A stretch of DNA of 62,801 nucleotides from a virus. Taxonomy: Duplodnaviria; Caudoviricetes. Location of the stretch: positions 1 through 62,801 of the IMG/VR virus record IMGVR_UViG_3300034053_000018; one strand, written 5' to 3'. Position numbers and translations under genes: made by a program. Shown in pieces: positions 1 to 7,645 of this stretch. Positions within the stretch are counted from its first letter, which is position 1; every line of letters begins with the position of its first letter. The notes under the pieces are model-generated. The model had not been told where the DNA came from, did no database searches, and was given only the letters and a program-made list of their open reading frames with translations.

Positions 1-164
1 CATAAATAGCCGACTGCTTTTTCCGCAGTTCAGGGTAAGCATCAAACAACTCAGGGTGGTTTAACCCTTTATCCAAGTCACCGCTGGCTGATATTTCCCC
101 AGATTTCCCTTGGTGTGAAAGGTTCGTTTTTGCGGAGTTGTCCGGTATCTCAAACCGCCATTGA
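1..164. repeat. Terminal direct repeat (copy 1); circular overlap
   Basis: 1-164 matches 62638-62801 except A38 vs G62675. Confidence 0.97.
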
Positions 165-481
165 CCATCGGGGCCGATCCCCCACCCCTCTTCGCGCCAG
201 ACTTTCGCAGGATCAGTGCCGTGAGCTAACCGTCGTTCAGCGATTGCTTTCTTAGCCAGATTTGCTGTCTTAGCCCCAGCACCCGCGAATACGCCCAACG
301 CCTTCAACGGTGCCATCTCAATACCGGGGATAGCGGAGAGAATATCTAAAATGCCACGGGCATTCTCTTGACGGGCCTCGTCCTCTAGGTCACGACCTTT
401 ATCTGTGACTGACTTGGAGAAATCACGCCCCTTGTACATCGCAAGGGGAGACCTCCAAGTAGGGGATGACGCACCGGCCAT
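1..481 (-). CDS. 5' part of LPD23-like (large polyvalent protein-associated domain) protein spanning the contig junction, about 339 aa in total
   Basis: ATG at 481 with GGAG upstream; hand translation MAGASSP...VFAGAGAKTA...WREEGWGIGPDGQWRFEI continues in frame into 62099-62713. Confidence 0.8.
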   Translation of the reverse strand, partial: MAGASSPTWRSPLAMYKGRDFSKSVTDKGRDLEDEARQENARGILDILSAIPGIEMAPLKALGVFAGAGAKTANLAKKAIAERRLAHGTDPAKVWREEGWGIGPDGQWRFEIPDNSAKTNLSHQGKSGEISASGDLDKGLNHPELFDAYPELRKKQSAIY

Positions 482-525
482 AGTCGGCTCCGACCAAAAT
501 GTCAGCCGATCATATCATTAAACTA

Positions 526-3500
526 TTACGCTGTATAGGGGTTAGCGTAGGTCAGTCGCGTCGGCTGTGAGTAGTCCCGCTCGTACGGCTCCTCGTCGGG
601 TTCTGCCTTCTGCATCTCAAGCAGCTTGTTGTCGCGCACGAACAGCATGGCTCGGGTCATGGTGTCGATCAGACCCGTCTCGGTGTCGTTAGGGAACCGG
701 TCACACTGCTCCAACAGGGGTCGTGACCAGCTAATCGGCTGGCCTGCGGCCTTGGACGAGGGCATGACATAGACCGCCCCCATGTCGAATATGGGCGCGC
801 TCTGATGTACCCGCTCGATCAGGTCAATGTCACCGTTCTTGTAGTTCGGCACACCAATGTTAGCCCCGCGCAGGTCAAGCACCAGCGAGTCACCGGCCCC
901 CTCGGAGCCGATCAGCACTGTGTCGGCCTTATACACCCGCGCACCCTTGGTTGGGTTGCCATACTCGGCGTGCCAGTCCCTGATGATCTTCTGCCGCAGC
1001 GCCGTGTAGGTCATCTTCTCTGTCCAAGCGTCGAGCAGCAGCATGACCCGATCCCCCTTGTACTCACACACGCCCCACACCGTACCCGCCGTGGCGTCGT
1101 TGCTCGTCTTCTCAGTGTAGGCACCGTGGTAAGACTGGATCACGTTGTCGAGCACCGGGATGTCACCGCTCCACACCCTGAACTGGTCAGAGGTGAGCAG
1201 GCCGCTCCCGACAGGGTACGCTAGGCTGATCGCCAGTGCGTCGCCGCAATTTTCAACGAGGATACCGTTTGCGTAATAGACGTTATCCTCGGTAAGTGTC
1301 AGGTTATATGTTTCTGTCTTTGTTTGCGAGCTTACCTGAACAGAGACGAGAACAACATTTTTTAGGCTTAATCCGACGACACTCAAACAGCGATCCGCAA
1401 ACAACACAAGATTTTTCAACAAACTCGGGTTTGATGTTTGGGGCTTGGGCGCACTTGTGACTACAGTACATTCGAGTTGTGTATTTATGATGAACGAATT
1501 CTTTGTTGCAGGTTTTGCAAACAGACACTTCGCTTTTGTTCCTACGATACGCTGAAGCCTGCATACAGTTGTTTGAACAGAATTTCGTACGATCTGGGAA
1601 ATACGTTTCATACGTCTTCCCGCAGTATTCACAAGGTTCAGGAGCGGGTACAGGTTGTCGATCTTCCCATGTGTTCTTTCCGTGTTCAGAGTGCCATGCT
1701 CGACCTTCGTCACTACCGTGCCACGCTGGGGCTGCTTCTCTGGCTTTAACGAGTCCTTCCCATTGGTTTGTTGATCGTTCCTTGTCTGCCATACATTCGA
1801 CCATGTGGGCGCTGATGTGATCCCTACCGAAGACACACTCAAGGTTTTCAATCCGATTGTCTGTCCAATCGCCGTTTTTATGGTGGATATGGTGTTCTTC
1901 AGGAATCTCCCCAAAATGCTCGATCCAAATTCGACGATGAAGAAGTCTTTCCGCGACAGTGGTTCTCCCTGACTGATAGTATCGACCTGATGTTTGAAGC
2001 CAGAATGGCTCACTCTTGTAAATGATTTTGCTAGGAATCTCCACAGTAACCTCCTAATAAATGAGTCGAGTTCTATACCATTGGACATTGCCAATGCGTT
2101 AAGTCTAACCCAACCTTTATCGAAAGTAAATACCCTGTGGCTTCCTTTCCCTGATAACACGCGACCATCTGAAAACGTAACTGTCGTGATCGACTCCACA
2201 ACGGTCTCATGCACCATCAATACCCGTGAAGCGCCAAACGGTGTTGTCACCAGATCACCCACTCGTACCTGCTCAATGGGGATTCGTCCATGAGGTGTGG
2301 TGATCAACGTACCAGCTACGAAGCAGTCCGGTGACGGTATCCCGCGCTTCTTCATGTCCCCCTTACTCTCCAACTGTATGCTGCCGTTAGAGGACGTCTT
2401 GTACTGAGGCGCGCACAGGTCGGCCTTAAGCGCCTTGTTGTCTGCTGCTGGGTTGTCACCCATGCTGCCGATGGTGGCGGTGCGTAGCCAGTCGCGCATT
2501 GTCCCCCACATCTCACTGCGCTTGTTAAAGTAGGCGATGGGGTTGTCTGCCCTGCTGCCGAAAGACACCCCACGCACCTTGTAGTTCTGCTCGACCAGCC
2601 GGTCAAGTACCCCGGCACCCAGACCACCCTCGTCGACGATAGTCAGGTCCGGCTTCCAGACCTTAATCGCCTCGATCACCTTGCCAACGAGCGCCATTGT
2701 GTCAAGCCCGTGGTAGCGGATCATCCGCAACAGTGTGCGTCCCCGACGTATCGCCAATATGGACGCGTCGTTGCCGAACCGCGCCACGTCGACCCCCATG
2801 ACGGTGGGTGCGTTAGGCTCTGGAGACGGCTCGCGCTCCATCGCCTCGTCGACCAGTTTGGGTGATATGAACTGGTTGTCGCCCACGGAGGGGAACTGAC
2901 CATACACCTCGACCTTAGCCTCATCTGAGTCCTCACCATACCGAGCGATGATGTTCTCAAACGGTGTGTGGTTAATCCCCTCGACCGTGCGACTGTCGAT
3001 CTGACGTGTCCGCCACATGGACTTGTTACGGTGGAAACAGTCGAAGAACGCCCCGGTGTTCTGTCGCGGGTTACTGAACGTGAGCCAGAACCGGTCAGGG
3101 ATGTTCTCGGTAAAAACCCCCTCCTGCACCGTCCATATGTTCTCGGGTATGGAGCTGGCCTCGTCAAAGATGGCCAACTCACCGTCGAAGTTGTGCGCTC
3201 CGGCAAACGCGTCCGGGTTCTCCTCAGACCATAGCTGACCAGCAATGTAATAGTAGCGCGTGGACTTACTGAGACCCTGTGGACTCTCAATAAACTCCTT
3301 AAACCACTTGGACGGCGTGATAGCGGTGGAGGCGATGTCGAAAAACTCGCTGTTAATCCCCCGCGCCACCCACTTGGCAATCTCAGGGAACGTCTTGGCG
3401 CGCAACTGAGGCTCACCGTTCGCCGCTACCCATGTGCTGGACCCAATCCGGGTGCTCATGAACCAATGGCTGATCATCCCAATGAACGCCGACTTCCCCG

Positions 3501-3756
3501 GACCACGACCCGAGGCCATCGCCATGCGGAAAAAGTCAGGTAAGGTGTTGGTGATGGTCTTCTGCTGGGTCGCTTGTCGCAGATACTGTTCCATCTCCAC
3601 CATCACCTCGCGTTGCCATTTGCGAGGCCCATCAAATTCCTTCAAATCACCAGTTTTCCACTCATAAGCCCATAACGCGAACTTCAACGGTGAAAAATAG
3701 AAGTCGCTGGAGAGCATTCTCTCCAATATGGCGCTATTCTTGGGTGAAATCGCCAT
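526..3756 (-). CDS. terL: Terminase large subunit, intein-containing, with an extra degenerate C-terminal nuclease domain
   Basis: Walker A ASGRGPGKS, Walker B AIFDEAS, FSNP motif, nuclease GVDVARFGND ... SPD/CGDALA; start taken at MAISPK. Confidence 0.95.
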   Translation of the reverse strand: MAISPKNSAILERMLSSDFYFSPLKFALWAYEWKTGDLKEFDGPRKWQREVMVEMEQYLRQATQQKTITNTLPDFFRMAMASGRGPGKSAFIGMISHWFMSTRIGSSTWVAANGEPQLRAKTFPEIAKWVARGINSEFFDIASTAITPSKWFKEFIESPQGLSKSTRYYYIAGQLWSEENPDAFAGAHNFDGELAIFDEASSIPENIWTVQEGVFTENIPDRFWLTFSNPRQNTGAFFDCFHRNKSMWRTRQIDSRTVEGINHTPFENIIARYGEDSDEAKVEVYGQFPSVGDNQFISPKLVDEAMEREPSPEPNAPTVMGVDVARFGNDASILAIRRGRTLLRMIRYHGLDTMALVGKVIEAIKVWKPDLTIVDEGGLGAGVLDRLVEQNYKVRGVSFGSRADNPIAYFNKRSEMWGTMRDWLRTATIGSMGDNPAADNKALKADLCAPQYKTSSNGSIQLESKGDMKKRGIPSPDCFVAGTLITTPHGRIPIEQVRVGDLVTTPFGASRVLMVHETVVESITTVTFSDGRVLSGKGSHRVFTFDKGWVRLNALAMSNGIELDSFIRRLLWRFLAKSFTRVSHSGFKHQVDTISQGEPLSRKDFFIVEFGSSILGRFLKNTISTIKTAIGQTIGLKTLSVSSVGITSAPTWSNVWQTRNDQQTNGKDSLKPEKQPQRGTVVTKVEHGTLNTERTHGKIDNLYPLLNLVNTAGRRMKRISQIVRNSVQTTVCRLQRIVGTKAKCLFAKPATKNSFIINTQLECTVVTSAPKPQTSNPSLLKNLVLFADRCLSVVGLSLKNVVLVSVQVSSQTKTETYNLTLTEDNVYYANGILVENCGDALAISLAYPVGSGLLTSDQFRVWSGDIPVLDNVIQSYHGAYTEKTSNDATAGTVWGVCEYKGDRVMLLLDAWTEKMTYTALRQKIIRDWHAEYGNPTKGARVYKADTVLIGSEGAGDSLVLDLRGANIGVPNYKNGDIDLIERVHQSAPIFDMGAVYVMPSSKAAGQPISWSRPLLEQCDRFPNDTETGLIDTMTRAMLFVRDNKLLEMQKAEPDEEPYERDYSQPTRLTYANPYTA
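1304..2044 (-). CDS. HNH homing endonuclease with C-terminal zinc-ribbon repeats, nested out of frame inside the intein
   Basis: LHRRIWIEHFGEIPEEHHIHHKNGDWTDNRIENLECV (HNH_3-like); three CxxC..CxxxC units; AGGAGG 5 nt before the GTG. Confidence 0.9.
   Translation of the reverse strand: MEIPSKIIYKSEPFWLQTSGRYYQSGRTTVAERLLHRRIWIEHFGEIPEEHHIHHKNGDWTDNRIENLECVFGRDHISAHMVECMADKERSTNQWEGLVKAREAAPAWHGSDEGRAWHSEHGKNTWEDRQPVPAPEPCEYCGKTYETYFPDRTKFCSNNCMQASAYRRNKSEVSVCKTCNKEFVHHKYTTRMYCSHKCAQAPNIKPEFVEKSCVVCGSLFECRRIKPKKCCSRLCSGKLANKDRNI
2050..2055 (-). promoter_or_regulatory. Shine-Dalgarno site of the nested HNH gene
   Basis: Minus strand reads AGGAGG-ttact-GTG. Confidence 0.85.
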
Positions 3757-4360
3757 CGATAGTGACCCCTCCAAGTGCGCTGATCTGCTGCTCGCGCTTG
3801 TCCAGCAGCGCCCTGACGTCAATATTGACGTTCGTGGTCAAATCCACCTGCTTGGACTCACCATAGCGTCGCTTGTTGTGCGACTGCACCTTGAACTTGT
3901 ACTGAGCCAGACGGAGCTTGCTGCGATCAATGTCCTCCATCTCGTTATCTGTGCCATCTGCTATGCGATCCATCTTCTCTAACAGTGCTTCAGTACCAAT
4001 TTCCTGTGCTTCCTCGTATCGTTGAACGCGAGTCGGGTCTTTCTTGATCCAACGCATGAACCGACCATAGTTGATATTGCGGGGGTCGTTGTCAATGTAG
4101 CTGGTGACGCTACCACCCTCGACCAAAATGTCCAGTACCGGCTCGAACGCTGCCTCGAACGTGATCATCTCGTTATGAACCTGATCTGCGGTGACGGGGA
4201 ACCGGGGCAGGGCGGTCTGTTGAGCCGGTGTTGGGGCAGATGATAACCAATCAGGTAAGGTAGCAGGGATTCTGTCCATAGGAGTGACCCTCCGTTCCGA
4301 ACGTGGCACATAGTACGGCATCGATGCGATAGGGACACCAATGTCGGGGACTTGTGTCAT
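3734..4360 (-). CDS. terS: Terminase small subunit (Sf6 gp1-like)
   Basis: Adjacent to and overlapping terL; RFMRWIKKD..YEEAQE..IAD..DIDRSKLR..RRYGE pattern; start uncertain (4360 or 4399). Confidence 0.85.
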   Translation of the reverse strand: MTQVPDIGVPIASMPYYVPRSERRVTPMDRIPATLPDWLSSAPTPAQQTALPRFPVTADQVHNEMITFEAAFEPVLDILVEGGSVTSYIDNDPRNINYGRFMRWIKKDPTRVQRYEEAQEIGTEALLEKMDRIADGTDNEMEDIDRSKLRLAQYKFKVQSHNKRRYGESKQVDLTTNVNIDVRALLDKREQQISALGGVTIDGDFTQE

Positions 4361-4502
4361 GGGGTAGCGATGAGGTTGTTGTGAGGACTGTTGTGTCATT
4401 TGACCATTTTGGGGCAGATGGCACACATTGTCAATTGGATGTCTGTTGGGGCTGTGGGGGTTTGGTTCTATGGGTCTGGGAGTAACCCGAATCTCAAAAA
4501 TC

Positions 4503-4560
4503 AAAAAAATTAAAAATTGGGGGCGTTGTGAATTTTTGAAAAAATTAAAAATTGGGGGCG
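4503..4560. repeat. Duplicated 22-bp A-tract motif AAAAAATTAAAAATTGGGGGCG upstream of terS
   Basis: Two copies at about 4504-4525 and 4539-4560. Confidence 0.85.
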
Positions 4561-4624
4561 CGGGGATCGGGGATGCATTAGCCCCAATTAACCACAGGCA
4601 ATGGGGTGCGGGGGCATCGACGCA

Positions 4625-4652
4625 ATGACAGCAGCATCTATGCTGCTGTCAT
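4625..4652. repeat. Inverted repeat with 13-bp arms, among CTATGACA repeats
   Basis: ATGACAGCAGCAT-CT-ATGCTGCTGTCAT. Confidence 0.85.
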
Positions 4653-5244
4653 ACTATGACACCTAGATGCTATGACACTGTCATACTATGTCAGTATCAT
4701 GTATGACAGCAGCATATATGCTACTGGGATGCTATGACATCTAGATGCTTTAGGTCTGAATGATTCAGTACTAATGCTTCAAGGTTCAATGGTTCAAGCC
4801 TCGACGATCAGGCGAGCGAGGCCAGGTACTCTATGACACTGGCATCAAGCATCAGTAGGCGATGCCGTGATGCTCAGGCATCATGGGTCTGATTGTCGCA
4901 ACAATGCACCGATACCGCGCGCTGAGTGAAACAATCCAATGTTTCACGGGCGCATCGTATCAGCGCATCGGGCGCAAACCCTTGCCTAGCATGGTTCTAT
5001 GATGCAAGCATATTACCAATGCATAATATGTTAGTGGTTACTCTCGCGCCGAGCCGCGTGAAACATTTACCAATATGACAAATGAAACCATGTTTCACGG
5101 GCGTTTCACGGGGTTTTGAGCGGTTTTGGGTTTTGACATAGGCGCAGCTATGTCGCAAACCCTGATCGCCGATTCTGGCGCATATTAGGATTTGCTTATA
5201 TTAGACTTCACTTTAACGTGAAACATTATCGTGAAACATAGAAT

Positions 5245-5690
5245 TCGGCACACATGGCACACATAGACAAAGCTGTCACACATTAGCCGATTCTAATATT
5301 CGCGACTATTGGTGCGGATGGCGCACATAGACAAAGCTGTCACACATGGTGCAGATAGATAAATCCGGCACACATGGCACACATAGCAGACTAAACTACT
5401 GTATAGATATACAGTAAAACGAGTCTATCTGTTCTATCTGCACCAAGCCAATTTTGACCCTTTTTGACCCATGCAGAAAAATAAAACCCTTATAAATCAG
5501 TAACTTAACTTTTTGAAAGTCGGCTATGTGTGACATATGTTCCTTTCCGATGAGGGTCAAAAACACTTTTTTATGTATCTGTGACAAACGCACCAAACCA
5601 AAAAGTCAAAAGGTAAAAACGGGTGCACGCCCCTGCGCACTTGTCACACATAGCACCAAGCCCCCTATCGGTACACTTGTCACAGATAGG
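5245..5690. repeat. Iteron-like (TGT/GG)CACACAT(A/G)G repeats, direct and inverted
   Basis: CATAGACAAAGCTGTCACACAT x2, CGGCACACATGGCACACATAG x2, inverted copies near 5525 and 5576, further copies near 5641 and 5678. Confidence 0.75.
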
Positions 5691-5692
5691 CG

Positions 5693-5721
5693 TTGACACC
5701 TGTTGCGACACCTTATACAAT
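5693..5721 (+). promoter_or_regulatory. Sigma70-type early promoter
   Basis: TTGACA-17 bp-TACAAT upstream of the first early gene. Confidence 0.85.
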
Positions 5722-5784
5722 ATGGTTTGCTGCATTGTTCTGTTTGTCCTGATAAACCTGTTCCCTACTCTGAGGTCTACCGCC

Positions 5785-6675
5785 ATGAAACTGAAAACCT
5801 TTCGCACCAAAGCCCCGACCTATCGCCGCCTGCAACATCTCGCAATGGTTATACAAACAGCGGACCGCGACACCATTGCCGCGACTATTGCCGCTGCCGC
5901 ATCTGATCCGCTGCTATCCGGCAAGACAATGCAGGCTATGCTCGCCAAGCTTGCGACGCTAGTCGCGACTAACGCACCACAATATGAGATTTTCCGGCAA
6001 GGTAATGGCAAGTTGCCATTTCTGGCTTTCAGCACATTACCTGCCGTAACGTGCAATGGCGCAGGCGATTGTCTGAACTTTTGCTATTCGTTCCAAGCTT
6101 GGCGTTTTGCCCATGCATTCGGCAGAATGGCTCAGAATGCCTATCTGATGCGGTTCAATCCTGAATCGATTCTCGCCGAGCTTGATCAAAAGGTATCCGC
6201 GTTGGCAGAGAAAACCAAAGGCGCGCCCGTTGATTTGCGAATCAACGTGGACGGCGACTTTTCGTCAGTCGCCGATGTTTCGTTCTGGTTTGGTGCCTTA
6301 TTGGCTCGCCCGTGGATAGCCGCCTACGGCTACTCGAAAAGCTATGCCGAGATTCTCGCCTATCGTGGCGACTATCCTACCAATTACCGTTTAAACCTTA
6401 GCAGCGGTCATTGCCACGATGCTGCGACTGTTGCCGCTGTTGCCGCCTTGCCTATCGTTCGCGGTGAGTTTATCGCCGTGGATATCGGCTATAAAGCCAC
6501 AGGCGCAGCATGGGGGACCAAAGCCCTAAGCGACGCCACCAGAGCCGCAGCAAAGCGGCAAGGTCATTCAAAAGCTTTTGCCTGTCCGGGCCGCTGTGGT
6601 GCCTGCACGACAAAAGGCCATGCCTGCGGCTCTAACAGCTTCAGGGGTATCGTTATCGCGATCCCGTTTCACTAA
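5785..6675 (+). CDS. GP88-like protein (Cys-rich, radical-SAM-like)
   Basis: GNGKL..FSTLPAVTCNGAGDCLNFCY; RINVDGDF; YGYSKS; C-terminal CPGRCGAC..HACG; GAGG RBS. Confidence 0.7.
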   Translation: MKLKTFRTKAPTYRRLQHLAMVIQTADRDTIAATIAAAASDPLLSGKTMQAMLAKLATLVATNAPQYEIFRQGNGKLPFLAFSTLPAVTCNGAGDCLNFCYSFQAWRFAHAFGRMAQNAYLMRFNPESILAELDQKVSALAEKTKGAPVDLRINVDGDFSSVADVSFWFGALLARPWIAAYGYSKSYAEILAYRGDYPTNYRLNLSSGHCHDAATVAAVAALPIVRGEFIAVDIGYKATGAAWGTKALSDATRAAAKRQGHSKAFACPGRCGACTTKGHACGSNSFRGIVIAIPFH

Positions 6676-6758
6676 TCGCCTGATTCGCAGGTATAGCTCA
6701 TGGGGGACCGTGAGCTATACCGGTGCAATCCGCATCGATTACAACGAGGTAAACCGCC

Positions 6759-7229
6759 ATGTCCAAAACACCCCTAATCGCTAATCTCAAAGCCGAGTCT
6801 ACTGGCTTTCAATCGCCCATCGCCATACTCTGGAATGATGAGAATCATCGTTACCATTTTTGGATATCCGATTACAACTCGGACCCGTTTGACTTTGTGG
6901 TCTATCGTAACAAGCTTGACCTGACTGCGCAGTCGAATACTCGCAAGCTAGAATCCTCACGCGGCTATTGCGCCACCGTGTTGCCGTTGATTCTGCCGCA
7001 GTTGCATGACCTGATTGCTGCCGATGGTGCACGCCTTGCCACCGAGCGCGACGCCGCTATGGTCCGCGCCAACGAGGCCAAAGCCGCCGCAATGATCCGC
7101 GACGCCGCGCCTCAATTGCTGGCGGCTTTGGAGCGGATTATCCGCGCTAGTAATGAAGGGGCTATTTATCAGTCCGATGCGTGCCTGATCGCGGCACGTA
7201 AGGCCATTGCTGCCGCTAAGGGGGAATAA
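6759..7229 (+). CDS. Hypothetical early protein
   Basis: 156-aa ORF with GAGG RBS; C-terminal AAPQLLAALE..ARKAIAAAKGE motif common in phage early proteins. Confidence 0.75.
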   Translation: MSKTPLIANLKAESTGFQSPIAILWNDENHRYHFWISDYNSDPFDFVVYRNKLDLTAQSNTRKLESSRGYCATVLPLILPQLHDLIAADGARLATERDAAMVRANEAKAAAMIRDAAPQLLAALERIIRASNEGAIYQSDACLIAARKAIAAAKGE

Positions 7230-7343
7230 CCATGGCCGATCTAATTAGCCGCATCGCGGCACGGTATAACGCTGGCTTAATCTCGGCGTCCGAGGCATAT
7301 CACGCGATCTGCGCCCTACACCTTTACTTGAAAGGCTAACATC

Positions 7344-7571
7344 ATGACGAAACACGACCGATTGGCTTTACTCTTGAACGTGGATTTAGCCGCCATGCGT
7401 GGCGATCAAATTGGCAAGATTCTAACGGCGAGCCGACAAGCCGCTAATCTCGAATCCTTGCGCGATGAAATAGACAAAATCCACAATCTCTATTGGCGCT
7501 TGGAATGTGATCGCGAAGATCGATTCAGAAAAGAATACGACAGCACGCTACCGATAAACGGTTGCGATTAA
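7344..7571 (+). CDS. Hypothetical protein
   Basis: 75-aa ORF with GAAAGG upstream. Confidence 0.6.
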   Translation: MTKHDRLALLLNVDLAAMRGDQIGKILTASRQAANLESLRDEIDKIHNLYWRLECDREDRFRKEYDSTLPINGCD

Positions 7572-7645
7572 TCGCGGGTTTCACGCTATGGCCCTGCGAT
7601 GCGGGGCTATAACGGGCAGTCCGCCCTTACTTGAGGTACACCGTC

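Larger units (their letters stand above)
1249..2325 (-). mobile_element. Intein (359 aa) in the terminase nuclease domain
   Basis: Block A CFVAGTLITT..IEQVRVGDLV; block B GKGSHRVF; block F TYNLTLTEDNVYYANGILV; terminal EN followed by +1 Cys; removal restores SPDCGDALA. Confidence 0.93.

Noticed and set aside
1304-2044. Group I intron explanation for the nested HNH
   Set aside because: The terL frame stays open throughout and has complete intein blocks at both ends, so RNA splicing is not needed
5245-5390. Possible CRISPR mini-array
   Set aside because: Repeats are short, nested and irregular, with no unique spacers of constant length
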